A stretch of 64,000 bases of DNA, taken from positions 75,880-139,879 of the forward strand of contig JBGPFC010000006.1 of NCBI GenBank assembly GCA_041483195.1, written 5' to 3'. The notes below the pieces were generated by a model that was given only the letters and a program-made list of their open reading frames with translations, had not been told where the DNA came from and did not search any database. The position numbers were made by a program, and so were the translations under genes. Below, in pieces: positions 37,913 through 48,066 of the stretch. Numbering within the stretch: the first letter of the stretch is position 1; the number at the start of each line of letters is the position of its first letter. The DNA is from Candidatus Eiseniibacteriota bacterium (GTDB taxonomy: Bacteria > Eisenbacteria > RBG-16-71-46).

Positions 37913-39438
37913 TCGAGCCCCGGCAGGCGCCAGCGTAGACCTGAGCGAAACGCGGAGGACGCCTCGCGCGCCTCCCCCCGCGCGCCGCCGCCCGGCGCCT
38001 CGCCCGGGACCGACGCCGCCGCGATGAACCCTCCAGCTTCGGCGATCGCGGCGGCCGCGAGCGCGAGATCGGGCGCCGGCGCGGAGGCGAGCGCGGCGAA
38101 GCCGGCGAGGAACTCGCGCTCGATCCACTCGGTGTCGGCCGTGGCGCTTTCCACTTCGCGCGCGCGCGTCAGCGCACGGAGGAACGGCAGATTGGTCACG
38201 ACGCCGTGCACCATCGAGCCGTCGAGCGCGAGCCGCAGGCGCGAGAGCGCGGTCGCTCGATCCGGGCCGACCGCGGCGATCTTTCCGAGGATGGGGTCGT
38301 AGTGCACGGGCACCGAGTCGCCGCTCTCGATCCCGGCATCCACGCGCACGAACGGCGCGCGCGGCCAGCGCACCTGCTTCGCGACTCCCGCCTGCGGCAG
38401 GAAGTTGCGAGCGGCGTCCTCCGCGTACACGCGCGCCTCGATCGCGTGCCCGCGAAGCGCGACGTCCGCCTGTGCGAACGGCAGCCGGCCGGTCGCCGCG
38501 ATCTCGAGCTGCGCGCGCACCAGGTCCACCCCCGTGACCAGCTCGGTGACCGGATGCTCGACCTGAAGCCGCGTGTTCATCTCGAGGAAGTAGAACGCGC
38601 CGTCCTGCGCGAGCAGGAACTCGATCGTGCCCGCGCCGCGATAGCGCGCGGTCCGGGCGAGCTCCACCGCCGCGCGGGTGAGGCGCTCGCGCAGCGCGTC
38701 GTTCACTGCGGGTGACGGGCACTCTTCCATCACCTTCTGGTGGCGCCGCTGCAGCGAGCAATCGCGCTCGAACAGATGAATCGCGTGGCCCTGCCCGTCG
38801 CCCAGCACCTGCACCTCGACGTGACGCACGCGCTCGAGCCGCTTCTCGACGTACACCGCGCCGTCGCCGAACGCCGAGAGCGCGAGCCGGCGCGCGCTCT
38901 CGATCGCCTCGCCCAGCGCCGGCTCGTCGCCCACCACCTGCATGCCCTTGCCGCCGCCGCCGAGCGCGGCCTTCACGATCACGGGGTAGCCCATCGCGCG
39001 CGCCGCGCGCGTGAGCGCCGCGGCGTCGTCGCCCTCGGCGCCGGGCACCACCTTGACCCCCGCCTTTGCCGCGAGCGCGCGCGCCGCGCGCTTGTCTCCC
39101 ATCGCGCGCACCTGATCGGGCGTCGGCCCGATGAACACGAGCCCCGCCGCCTCGACCGCGGCCGCGAACGACGCGTTCTCGGCCAGGAACCCGTAACCGG
39201 GATGAATGGCCTCGGCGCCGGCGCTCTTCGCGGCGGCGATGATGGCGTCGGCGTTCAGGTAGGAGGCTCGCGGCTCGGCCGCGCCGATCAAGCGGACCTC
39301 CGGGATCGCCCGCGTGTGCAGCGCGCCGCGGTCGGCCTCGGAACACACCGCGACCGGCGCGATGCTCATCGCGCGCAGCGTGGCGGCGATGCGGCAGGCG
39401 ATCTCACCGCGGTTCGCGATCAGGACTCTTCGGAACAT
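37909..39438 (-). CDS. Biotin carboxylase subunit (methylcrotonyl-CoA carboxylase alpha, LiuD-like)
   Basis: VLIANRGEIA, IHPGYGFLAEN, GGGGKGM, ERDCSLQRRHQK, EMNTRLQVEHPVTE. Confidence 0.94.
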   Translation of the reverse strand: MFRRVLIANRGEIACRIAATLRAMSIAPVAVCSEADRGALHTRAIPEVRLIGAAEPRASYLNADAIIAAAKSAGAEAIHPGYGFLAENASFAAAVEAAGLVFIGPTPDQVRAMGDKRAARALAAKAGVKVVPGAEGDDAAALTRAARAMGYPVIVKAALGGGGKGMQVVGDEPALGEAIESARRLALSAFGDGAVYVEKRLERVRHVEVQVLGDGQGHAIHLFERDCSLQRRHQKVMEECPSPAVNDALRERLTRAAVELARTARYRGAGTIEFLLAQDGAFYFLEMNTRLQVEHPVTELVTGVDLVRAQLEIAATGRLPFAQADVALRGHAIEARVYAEDAARNFLPQAGVAKQVRWPRAPFVRVDAGIESGDSVPVHYDPILGKIAAVGPDRATALSRLRLALDGSMVHGVVTNLPFLRALTRAREVESATADTEWIEREFLAGFAALASAPAPDLALAAAAIAEAGGFIAAASVPGEAPGGGARGEAREASSAFRSGLRWRLPGLD

Positions 39439-39529
39439 GGAGCGGGCGCGGGCTCCTCGTGAGCTGCGTGGGGCGCGATCCGGTCGGGTACGTTAGACGA
39501 TCGGTTCGCCGCGCACCACTTCGGCGCCG

Positions 39530-40405
39530 CTAGAAATCGCCGAGCGGCGCGGAGCCCGCCCACATCAGGTGCGCGAGGCTGCCCACCTTGAGACCGTCGG
39601 TGCGGTCCGCGAAGTAGCGAGCGTTCAGGGCCTCGGATGAGACGTCGTCGGCCGCGGCCAAGCCGAGACCGCGGAGATCGGCGGTCAGCTTGTCGGGCTC
39701 GAAGAAGGTTCGCCACGGCTCCCCCACGGCACACACGCGGGCCGCAACCGCTTCGAACACCAGACGCTGAACGACATTGAAGCGAGATGGAGACAGACCG
39801 TAGTCGAAGACCACGCCGCCGCCGTTCGCCGTGACCTCGGCGATGTACTTCAGTGTGGCCATTACAGCATCGCGGGTCAGGTAGGGCGTGACGCCGAGCC
39901 ACGAGAAGAACGCGGGCTGTCGCCCGTCGAAGCCCGCGCTCGACAGCGCCTCGTCGAGCGATTCTCGTTCGAAATCCACCGGGGCGAACCGAAGCTCCGC
40001 CGGGATCGCGATGCCCGCCTCCTCGAGCCGCTGACGCTTCCACGCCTGGGCCGAGGGGTGATCGACCTCCCACACGAGGAGCGGGTGCGAAGAATCGGGA
40101 TCGCGGTATGCGGAGGTGTCGAGCCCCGCGCCGAGCACGATGTATTGACGGCCGCCGCCCCAGCGGAAGCGCGCGAGTTGATCTTCCGCGAAGCGGCTGC
40201 GGGCTGCGAGGAACGCGCGGAGATACCGCGAGAACGGACCCCTTTCATGGCGCTTCGGATCGGCTCGCAGCGCGTCCGCGCTCTTCGAGCCGATGATTCG
40301 AATCGCCAGAGGGTCGACGAGGACCGGCGGGTCGTCGAGGAGCTGATGCGCGGCGCGGCGCACGGCGACGCGGTGTGCGGTGGCGCTGGGCCGCGCCGGG
40401 ATCAT
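39530..40405 (-). CDS. SAM-dependent methyltransferase, LCM-like family
   Basis: PSATA..VA.RRAAH, ARSRFAED, QYIVLGAGLDT.AYR, EVDHP..Q.WK, FFSWLGVTPYL. Confidence 0.9.
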   Translation of the reverse strand: MIPARPSATAHRVAVRRAAHQLLDDPPVLVDPLAIRIIGSKSADALRADPKRHERGPFSRYLRAFLAARSRFAEDQLARFRWGGGRQYIVLGAGLDTSAYRDPDSSHPLLVWEVDHPSAQAWKRQRLEEAGIAIPAELRFAPVDFERESLDEALSSAGFDGRQPAFFSWLGVTPYLTRDAVMATLKYIAEVTANGGGVVFDYGLSPSRFNVVQRLVFEAVAARVCAVGEPWRTFFEPDKLTADLRGLGLAAADDVSSEALNARYFADRTDGLKVGSLAHLMWAGSAPLGDF

Positions 40406-40454
40406 GTGCGCCCGGGAGTCATGGCGCCTCGACGGTGGCCGCCGCGACGCAGGA

Positions 40455-40991
40455 TCATCCGCCTCCGACTCGCATGGCCGGCGCCAGCCCCAAGCTCTGG
40501 AGAATGATCGTGATGACGAAGGCTCCGACCAGGCCCGCGAGCACGAGCAGCAGGAGACGTCGATAGGGCACCGCCGCGAGCGCGCTCCCGACCACCATTC
40601 CGGCTATGCCGAACTCGATGGTCTGACCCACGAACCAACCGATCATCAGCGCGAGGGGAGCGGTCGAGATGCTCAACAATCCCAGGGTGAGCGCTCCCCA
40701 CGCCAAGGCGCCGAGCTGAAGTCCGAACGCGCCGCCCGCGCGCCAGCCCTCGACGCCCAGCCGCGCCATCAGCCAGACCAGGAAGAACGCCAGCACGAGA
40801 AACGACAGATAGCCGACGGGTATGAGCGCGAAGGCACGCTGGGGCGTCAACAGGAATGGGGACGGCTCCAGATAAAGACGAGCGAGCACCCCCGCGTGCA
40901 GGAGGAAGTCCACCCCGATCATCGCGAGCCAGGCCAGCAGGGTGAGCTTGATGAATGTGCCCGACGCGAGGATTCGTCCGCTGCCTTGCAT
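40455..40991 (-). CDS. Hypothetical multi-pass membrane protein
   Basis: About five hydrophobic segments; fills the gap between flanking genes in the same orientation. Confidence 0.7.
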   Translation of the reverse strand: MQGSGRILASGTFIKLTLLAWLAMIGVDFLLHAGVLARLYLEPSPFLLTPQRAFALIPVGYLSFLVLAFFLVWLMARLGVEGWRAGGAFGLQLGALAWGALTLGLLSISTAPLALMIGWFVGQTIEFGIAGMVVGSALAAVPYRRLLLLVLAGLVGAFVITIILQSLGLAPAMRVGGG

Positions 40992-41015
40992 GCGTCTCCC
41001 CGTGCCGGCTTCCGC

Positions 41016-41801
41016 TCACCCGCCCGTCATCCACTTCGGCTTGCGCTTCTCGAAGAACGCGGCGAGCCCGTCGCGCGCCTCCTCGCCCGATCGCACCTCG
41101 GCCAGCGTGCGCGGCAGCGAGCCGCGGTATTCCTCCCACGGCGTGTCGGCCCACAGCTCGAGCAGCGACTTGATGCGCGCCTGCGCGTGCGGCGCGCCGG
41201 CCAGCAGCGCGTTCACGCGCTCCTCGATCTTCGCGTCGAGCTCCGCGGCCGGCACGACGTGATGCACCAGCCCCACGCGCAGCGCGTGCGACGCGTCGAA
41301 GCGCTCGCCGGTGAGCATCAGCTCGCGCGCTCGCGCGTCGCCGAGCCGGCGCAGCACGTAGGGGCTGATCAGCGCGGGCAGGATCCCGAGCCGCACCTCG
41401 CTCAGCGCGAAGCGCGCGTCGTCGGACGCCACCGCGATGTCGCACGCGCACGCGAGGCCGAACCCGCCGCCCAGCACGTTGCCGTGGAGGCGCCCCACCA
41501 CCGGCTTCGGGAAGTCGGCGATCGCCGCGAACATCCCGCCCAGCTGCCGCGCCTCCTCGTGGTTCTGCTCGAACGTCGCGTTCGCCGCCGCCTTCATCGC
41601 GTGGATGTCGGCGCCCGCGCAAAACGACGGCCCGCGCGCGCCCAGCACCACCACCCGCACGCTCGCATCGTGCGACAGCTCGTGAAACGCGCCGGCCAGC
41701 GCGGCGCACAATTCGGGCGTGAGCGCGTTGTGCTGCTCGGGACGATTGAGCCACACGCGCGCGATCGGGCGATCGCGCGTCACCTCGAGTGATGCGCTCA
41801 T
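41016..41801 (-). CDS. Enoyl-CoA hydratase/methylglutaconyl-CoA hydratase (LiuC-like)
   Basis: LNRPEQHNAL, FCAGAD, GGGFGL..ACDIA, LSEVRLGILPA, AFFEKRKP.W; adjacent to MCC genes. Confidence 0.92.
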   Translation of the reverse strand: MSASLEVTRDRPIARVWLNRPEQHNALTPELCAALAGAFHELSHDASVRVVVLGARGPSFCAGADIHAMKAAANATFEQNHEEARQLGGMFAAIADFPKPVVGRLHGNVLGGGFGLACACDIAVASDDARFALSEVRLGILPALISPYVLRRLGDARARELMLTGERFDASHALRVGLVHHVVPAAELDAKIEERVNALLAGAPHAQARIKSLLELWADTPWEEYRGSLPRTLAEVRSGEEARDGLAAFFEKRKPKWMTGG

Positions 41802-41849
41802 CGCACCTCCTGCCAGCTCTCGATCGGGTCGCGCGCCACGCTCGCCCCG

Positions 41850-43457
41850 CTACATCCGGAACACGCCGAAGCGCGGATCGGGGATGGGCGCCTCGAGCGC
41901 GGCGGCGAGCGCCAGCGCGAGCGCGGTGCGCGTCTGCCCGGGGTCGAGGATGCCGTCGTCCCAGATGCGAGCGGTCGAGAAGTAGGGGCTCCCCTCGCGG
42001 TCGTAGGCATCGAGCACCGGCTGCTTGAACGCGGTCTCTTCCGCCGGCGTCATCTTCTTCCCAGCGGCCTCGAGCTGCGACTGCTTCACCTGCGCGAGCA
42101 CCGATGCCGCCTGCTCGCCGCCCATCACGCTGATGCGGCTGTTCGGCCACATGAAGAGGAAGCGGGGGGCGTAGGCGCGCCCGCACATGCCGTAGTTGCC
42201 GGCGCCGAAGCTGCCGCCGATCACGAGCGTGAGCTTCGGCACCTGCGCGTTCGCGACCGCGTGCACCATCTTCGCGCCGTCCTTCGCGATTCCGCCGTGC
42301 TCGTACTGCTTGCCCACGATGTAGCCGCTCACGTTCTGGAGGAACAGCAGCGGGACGCGGCGCTGCGCGGCCAGCTCGATGAAGTGGGTGGCCTTGAGCG
42401 CGCTCTCGCTGAACAGCACGCCCTGGTTCGCGAGGATTCCGACCGGCATGCCCTCGAGGTGCGCGAACCCCGTGACGATGGTCGTGCCGTAGCGCGACTT
42501 GAACTCGTGGAAGCGCGAGCCGTCGACCAGGCGCGCGATCAGCTCGCGCACATCGTATGGCGTTCGCAGGTCGCGGGGCAGCAACCCGTAGATTTCCTCC
42601 GCGTCGTAGCGCGGCGGCTCGGGGCTCGCGAAATCGATCGCGGCGCGCGCGGGCGGGCCGAGATGCGTGACGATGTCGCGCGCGATCTCGAGCGCGTGCG
42701 CGTCGTCGTCCGCCAGGTGGTCGGCGACGCCCGAGATCCGCGTGTGCACGTCGGCGCCGCCCAGCTCCTCGGCGCTCACGACCTCGCCGGTCGCCGCCTT
42801 CACCAGCGGCGGGCCGCCGAGGAAGATGGTGCCCTGGTTCTTCACGATGATCGCCTCGTCGCTCATCGCCGGCACGTACGCGCCGCCCGCCGTGCACGAG
42901 CCCATCACCACCGCGACCTGTGGGATGCCGAGCGCGGACATGCGTGCCTGGTTGTAGAAGATGCGTCCGAAGTGATCGCGATCGGGGAACACCTCGGCCT
43001 GGAGCGGAAGGAACGCGCCGCCCGAGTCCACCAGGTACACGCAGGGCAGCCGGTTCTCGAGCGCGATCTCCTGCGCGCGCACGTGCTTCTTCACCGTCAT
43101 CGGGAGGTAGGTGCCGCCCTTCACCGTCGCGTCGTTCGCGACCACCATCACGGTGCGCCCGCGCACCAGGCCGATGCCGGTGACGATCCCGCCGCACGGC
43201 GCCTCGCCGTCGTAGAGGCCGTGCGCCGCGAGCGGCGAGAGCTCGAGGAAGGCGGTCGATGGGTCGAGCAGGCGCTCGACGCGTTCGCGCACGAACAGCT
43301 TGCCGCGCGCGGTGTGACGGGCGACGAGCTCCGGGCCTCCCCCCGTCTTGACCGCGGAGAGGCGCTGCTTGAGCTCGGCCGCGAGCGCGCGGTGGTGCGC
43401 GGCGTTCGCCTTGAACTCGTCGCTCGACGTGTCGAGATGCGACTCGATGAGCTCCAT
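41850..43457 (-). CDS. Methylcrotonyl-CoA carboxylase carboxyltransferase (beta) subunit (LiuB-like)
   Basis: [69 protein letters not shown]. Confidence 0.95.
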   Translation of the reverse strand: MELIESHLDTSSDEFKANAAHHRALAAELKQRLSAVKTGGGPELVARHTARGKLFVRERVERLLDPSTAFLELSPLAAHGLYDGEAPCGGIVTGIGLVRGRTVMVVANDATVKGGTYLPMTVKKHVRAQEIALENRLPCVYLVDSGGAFLPLQAEVFPDRDHFGRIFYNQARMSALGIPQVAVVMGSCTAGGAYVPAMSDEAIIVKNQGTIFLGGPPLVKAATGEVVSAEELGGADVHTRISGVADHLADDDAHALEIARDIVTHLGPPARAAIDFASPEPPRYDAEEIYGLLPRDLRTPYDVRELIARLVDGSRFHEFKSRYGTTIVTGFAHLEGMPVGILANQGVLFSESALKATHFIELAAQRRVPLLFLQNVSGYIVGKQYEHGGIAKDGAKMVHAVANAQVPKLTLVIGGSFGAGNYGMCGRAYAPRFLFMWPNSRISVMGGEQAASVLAQVKQSQLEAAGKKMTPAEETAFKQPVLDAYDREGSPYFSTARIWDDGILDPGQTRTALALALAAALEAPIPDPRFGVFRM

Positions 43458-43577
43458 GCGGTCCCCTCAAGCCTCTCTGGTTGAACGAGAACGAGCCGGG
43501 GACTTATAGCAGACGGGCGGGGGATCGCCAACGAACGCGCGGCGCGCCGCTCACGCCGTCAGCGACCCGTCGAACGT

Positions 43578-44111
43578 TCAGCCGCGGGACGCGGACTCGG
43601 CCTTCATGCGCGCCGCCATCTCGGCCATCTCCTCGCGATTGGGACCGAACAGGCCGGGGGTCCGCCCGCCCGCGAGCCGGCACATCAGCCCGAGCTGGCC
43701 GCGATGGTGAAGCTGGTGATGGAACAGCGCGTTCCAGAGGATGTCGCCGATCTTCATCGGCTTGCCGCTGAAGAAGGGCAGGCTGCGCTCGAGATCGTCG
43801 GGCTGGAGCTTACGCACGCGCGCCACGGCTTCCGCATGGACCTTCTCGTAACCGGGCGCGAGCGCCTCGATCGCGCGCGGACGCTCGAGCCCCGGAGGCT
43901 TCATGCCGGGCGCGAAGGTTCCGGTCTCGATGCCGTGCGTCATGTAGCCTTCGATCTCGGCGAGATGCCAGCTCAGCTCGCCGAGCGAGCGGCCACCCGC
44001 ATCGGGCCGGAAGTCGTACTGCCCGGGCGGCAGGGCGCGCAGCAGCTTCAGCGTGTTCTGTGCCTCCTGATCCCACACGGAGACGAAGACGTCGATCGGG
44101 TTGCGTGGCAT
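43578..44111 (-). CDS. DinB family protein
   Basis: DFRP...RSLGEL.WHL...HQLHHRGQL..M.RLAG. Confidence 0.9.
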   Translation of the reverse strand: MPRNPIDVFVSVWDQEAQNTLKLLRALPPGQYDFRPDAGGRSLGELSWHLAEIEGYMTHGIETGTFAPGMKPPGLERPRAIEALAPGYEKVHAEAVARVRKLQPDDLERSLPFFSGKPMKIGDILWNALFHHQLHHRGQLGLMCRLAGGRTPGLFGPNREEMAEMAARMKAESASRG

Positions 44112-44181
44112 GGCGAACCTCCGGTTCGATATGGGTGACGCGGCAGCGGCGGGAGCCTACCTCAAGGGCCGGCGCCGCGAG

Positions 44182-44613
44182 CTAACGGGTCGGCTGCGCG
44201 ACCCCGCGCGGCAACGTGGTCCAGCCGAATGCGGCAGCGCCCTCGATCGCCATGATCGCCCCGATCACCACGCCGTAGGCTTCCCACTCGCCGGTCGTCC
44301 GCCAATGGGCCTCGGTCTGGATCGCCCACGCGACGCCCGCGATCGTGAGCACGATCGCGGCCGCCCGCAGCATGGCCCGCCGCGGCCCGCGCCGCGGATC
44401 GTCCGGCCCGCGCGCCAGCTCGAGGATCAGCGCGCTGCCGTACGCGATGAGCGCGATGCCGCTCGCGCCCCAGAACATCGCCCCGGGAAACTGATGGCGG
44501 GTCCAGAACAGCCAGCACGCGAACAGGAGGTTCACGCCGGCCAGCATCAGCAGCATCGAGAACACGGCCGCCACGAAGCCGACGGCGCGCCTGAAGCGTT
44601 CGACTCCCATCAT
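44182..44613 (-). CDS. Hypothetical four-TM membrane protein
   Basis: Four hydrophobic helices; GAGGGAG before the start. Confidence 0.65.
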   Translation of the reverse strand: MMGVERFRRAVGFVAAVFSMLLMLAGVNLLFACWLFWTRHQFPGAMFWGASGIALIAYGSALILELARGPDDPRRGPRRAMLRAAAIVLTIAGVAWAIQTEAHWRTTGEWEAYGVVIGAIMAIEGAAAFGWTTLPRGVAQPTR

Positions 44614-44701
44614 CGGGGCTCCCTCATGTTGGATCGCACGCCGAAAGTCTCGCGCACCCGCGTGAGCGTGTCCAGTCCGCGCGCGCGCAACCCCGGCGCG
44701 C

Positions 44702-45535
44702 TCAGGATGAGGACTTGAGCGTGATGTCCCCGTTCACGGTCTCGAGCTTCAGCGGCGATCCGCCCTTGCCGATGGTGCCGCTCACACGATGGCGCCCGAT
44801 CTTTCCGCGCACCGTCAGGGGGAACGCGCTCTCGATCTCGCCATTCACGGACGACGCCCGGAGCTCCGCCCCGATGTCCGCGGGCAGCGAGAGCGTGATC
44901 TCGCCGTTCACGGTGGTGAACTCCAGCGGCTCGGGCCAGGTGCCGGTGCCCAGCGACGCGTCGATCGAGCCGTTCACGGTGGTGGCCGTTCCGTACCCGG
45001 TGGTCGAGAAGTGGATCGAGCCGTTGACGCTCTCGGCCTTGATCGGGCCGCGCAGTCCGTCGGCGATGATGCCCCCGTTCACGGTGCGGCCGACGAAGCG
45101 GATCCCCGCGGGCACGCGCACGGTGAAGTGGACCTCGACGTCGTTGTTGTGCGTGTGGGAAGACCCGCCGCCCCCGGGCTCGCAGGTGTTGCGATCGCCG
45201 CCCGCGTCGGGATACTTCGCGCACACCGTCACGCCGCCCTCGTGCTCGATGACCTCGATCTTCACCTCGTCGGGATCGCTGCGCCGGGCGCGCTTGACCG
45301 CGGTCACCTCGACCGTGTTGCCGGAAGCGAGCGTCGCGTCGATGTTGCCGTTCACGCCCTTGATCTCGATGGATTTCCCGCTCGCGAGCGTCCAGCTCGA
45401 CTGGAAGTCCGGGGTCGCGGTGGACCCGGGGCGATCCGCCCGCCCCGCGCGGGCGGGAGGCGCGGCGAGCAGCAGCACGCAGCTCAGCACCAGCGCTGCG
45501 GAGGTGCGAATGCCAGACAGGTTCACGGTCCTCAT
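44702..45535 (-). CDS. DUF4097 beta-strand repeat protein
   Basis: Signal peptide; repeated T/SVNG motifs; ends LKLETVNGDITL; ATGA overlap with the upstream gene. Confidence 0.85.
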   Translation of the reverse strand: MRTVNLSGIRTSAALVLSCVLLLAAPPARAGRADRPGSTATPDFQSSWTLASGKSIEIKGVNGNIDATLASGNTVEVTAVKRARRSDPDEVKIEVIEHEGGVTVCAKYPDAGGDRNTCEPGGGGSSHTHNNDVEVHFTVRVPAGIRFVGRTVNGGIIADGLRGPIKAESVNGSIHFSTTGYGTATTVNGSIDASLGTGTWPEPLEFTTVNGEITLSLPADIGAELRASSVNGEIESAFPLTVRGKIGRHRVSGTIGKGGSPLKLETVNGDITLKSSS

Positions 45536-46557
45536 GGCGTCTCCTCGTCGTCGTCGTCGTCGTGGTTCTTGTCCTTGTCCTTGCGGTCGTGCTTGTCGGA
45601 CTTCGCATCGTGCTTGTGGTCGGCCTTCGAATCGGAGTCCGCGTCGTCGCGATCCTCGTCGGACGAGTTGAGCCCCGCTTCGCGCAGCCGGGCGATCTCG
45701 GGGTCGCCCGCCTTGAGCAGCCGGATCGACCCCTGGAAGGATTCGAGCTCCAGGGTCGCGCCCCCGGCGCCGCTGCCGAGGTTGAACTTGAAGCGCCGGC
45801 CGCGCTTCGCTTCGTTGAGCGTCACCGGAAAGCTCGAGTCGAAATCGCCGCTGTAGGTCTTGACCGACACCGCCGCGTTGGGAGCCGCGGGCAGCACCAC
45901 CACGATGTCCCCGTCGTGCGTCGAGAACCGGTAGCGACCGGCTTCGCGGATGTCGCCAGCGCAGACGATGCTGCCATTCACGGTCGAGGCCTCCGCGTCG
46001 CCCGAGTGCAGGTGTTCGAGCCACACATCGCCGTTCACGGTCTCGACGCTCGCCTCGCCATCGTGATCGATGACCCGGACCCCGGCGTTGATCGAGCTCA
46101 GCTCGGCGTGGCCGCTCGACCTCTCGAGCACCACGTCGCCCTGCACCGACTGAAGCGAGATGAATCCCTTCCCGCCGGTCACGTGCACCTCGCCGCCCAC
46201 GGTCTCCACCTTCACGTCGGCGCGCGTGCCTTCCACCTGCACGTCGGTGTCCACCCCTGAAATCTCCAAGGCCATCCAGACCGGGACGGTGATGGTGAAA
46301 TCCACGGAGGTCGGCACCCCCATCCGCCCGCTCGCCTTGACCGCCAGCTCCGACTCGTCCTCCTCGACCTCGATCCGGGTGCGGCTCGAATGCTCGGCCT
46401 CGATGCGCACCGCGTTGCGCGTCCAGGTGGCGACCGAGACGCTCCCACCGAAATCGTTCACCGCGAGCCGCGTGCCGGGGCTCACCGTCAGCGTGGTGTC
46501 GGTGTGGGTGCTCAGGGTGAGAATCGCGAAGGCCGTCGCTGCGATGGTCAGCGTCAT
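45532..46557 (-). CDS. DUF4097 beta-strand repeat protein with acidic/His-rich tail
   Basis: ETVGG, SVQGD, ETVNGD, STVNG, STHDGD, KTYSGD, ESFQG repeats. Confidence 0.85.
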   Translation of the reverse strand: MTLTIAATAFAILTLSTHTDTTLTVSPGTRLAVNDFGGSVSVATWTRNAVRIEAEHSSRTRIEVEEDESELAVKASGRMGVPTSVDFTITVPVWMALEISGVDTDVQVEGTRADVKVETVGGEVHVTGGKGFISLQSVQGDVVLERSSGHAELSSINAGVRVIDHDGEASVETVNGDVWLEHLHSGDAEASTVNGSIVCAGDIREAGRYRFSTHDGDIVVVLPAAPNAAVSVKTYSGDFDSSFPVTLNEAKRGRRFKFNLGSGAGGATLELESFQGSIRLLKAGDPEIARLREAGLNSSDEDRDDADSDSKADHKHDAKSDKHDRKDKDKNHDDDDDEETP

Positions 46558-46570
46558 GCGGAGGGTCTCC

Positions 46571-47272
46571 TCAGCTCGGGAAGCTCGCGGTGGTCGCCAG
46601 GCGCAACAGGTCCACTTTACGGCGCATGGTGCTCGCGAGGTGGTTGTTCAGGTAGAGATCGGTCGGGTCGGCGGCGAGCGCGCGGCGCGCCTGCTCGATC
46701 GCGCGATCGATGATGGCCAGGTTTTGTTCGACGACGCGCACCGTCGTGGTGTCGAGCTGCCCGCGGCGTTCGTTCAGCGTGCGCTCAAGGTCGGCGATCG
46801 CGGCGTCGTAGCGGGCCACGCCGAAGTCGGCGACGACCGCCGGCGCCTCGGCTCCGGGTCGCGCGGCGGGCGGGGCGGACCGCGCGATCCCTCCGGATCC
46901 GCGAGCCGAGCCCGGCGCGGTGGGCAGGCCGCCGCGAAGCGTCATCCACACGGTCCCGGCCGAGAGCGCGATCAATGCCAGCGCGGCGGCCGCGAGCTGC
47001 GGAAAGGTGAACGTGAAGCGCCAGCCGGGCACGCGCCACGGAAAGCGCGCGGCGCCGCGATCCGCGATGCGCGCGGCGATGGCGGGCCACAGATCCTCGG
47101 GGGGCACCGGCGCATCGAGCGCGCGCGCCCGGCCGGCGACGGCGCGCAGGCCCTCGAGCGTCGTGGTGCATGCGGCGCAGCCCTGCAGGTGCGATTCGAG
47201 ATCGCGCACCGTCGCGGGATCCAGCTCGCCGTCCACGTATTCGGAGAGACGCTCGCTCCAGCGGTCGGTCAT
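46571..47272 (-). CDS. Zinc-binding anti-sigma factor (zf-HC2) with TM helix
   Basis: LSEYVDGEL...HLQGCAAC (HxxxCxxC), DLWPAI..RI, TM segment; directly after the ECF sigma. Confidence 0.9.
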   Translation of the reverse strand: MTDRWSERLSEYVDGELDPATVRDLESHLQGCAACTTTLEGLRAVAGRARALDAPVPPEDLWPAIAARIADRGAARFPWRVPGWRFTFTFPQLAAAALALIALSAGTVWMTLRGGLPTAPGSARGSGGIARSAPPAARPGAEAPAVVADFGVARYDAAIADLERTLNERRGQLDTTTVRVVEQNLAIIDRAIEQARRALAADPTDLYLNNHLASTMRRKVDLLRLATTASFPS

Positions 47273-47276
47273 GGCG

Positions 47277-47861
47277 CTACTCCTGCCTCGCGCCCAGATG
47301 GCCGCGCAGCATCATCCGCGCTCGATGGAGCTGGGCCTTGGTGGTGCCGGTCGTGACCTTCATGAACGATGCGATCTCCTCGTGCTTGTAGCCTTCCACG
47401 TCGTGCAGGACGAACACCGCGCGCGCGCCCTCCGGGAGCTTCCCGATCGCCCTCTCGAAATCCATCCCCAGGTCGCTCTGTCCGGGCCGCGCGGGGGCGG
47501 TCTCGATCGCGGCCGCGTCGTCGATGAACCGGCCGCGCCGCACCCCGAGCCATGCCCGCCGCGAGAGGATCAGATTCACCGCGAGCCGGTGCAACCATGT
47601 CGAGAACGCCGCCTCCCCTCGAAACGTCGCGAGCTTGCTCCAGGCCCGCACGAACACGTCCTGCGTGATCTCGGCCGCCTCGTCGCGACTCATCAGGCGC
47701 GTCGCAAGGCCGAACACGCGCCCCACGTGGCGCCGGTAGAGCCGCTCGAAGGCACGGTGGTCTCCGGCGACGGCTCGTGAGACGTCGTCGGCGTCCGCGC
47801 CCGCCGGAGGCGAAGCAGGAACGTTTCCTGGACTCATCACCCCGGGGCCCGAGAGCTCCAT
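47277..47861 (-). CDS. ECF RNA polymerase sigma factor
   Basis: GDHRAFERLYRRH, EITQDVFVRAW, FSTWLHRLAVN, VFVLHDVEGYKHEEIA...GTTKAQLHRAR. Start may be 47837. Confidence 0.93.
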   Translation of the reverse strand: MELSGPGVMSPGNVPASPPAGADADDVSRAVAGDHRAFERLYRRHVGRVFGLATRLMSRDEAAEITQDVFVRAWSKLATFRGEAAFSTWLHRLAVNLILSRRAWLGVRRGRFIDDAAAIETAPARPGQSDLGMDFERAIGKLPEGARAVFVLHDVEGYKHEEIASFMKVTTGTTKAQLHRARMMLRGHLGARQE

Positions 47862-47871
47862 GCGGGGGATG

Positions 47872-48016
47872 AGACGGTGCGAAGGCTCAAATGGTTGAAA
47901 TCGAGGGCCATGGCACCCCGAGGCTACCCGCCGGACCGCGCCCGTCCAACCATTCCGCCCCGGAGCGTGTCTGAGAATCGTACGGGCGCGCAACCCGACT
48001 GCACCCGCGGCCGTAA
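47872..48016. promoter_or_regulatory. Three ECF-type promoters (one autoregulatory, two divergent)
   Basis: Minus 47897-47872 CAACCATT-N14-GTCT; plus 47947-47972 CAACCATT-N14-GTCT; plus 47991-48016 CAACC-N17-GTAA. Confidence 0.7.
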
Positions 48017-48066
48017 GGTGCCGGCAGGACCCACCGGGAACACCCGCTTCCACGAGGATACCCCTC

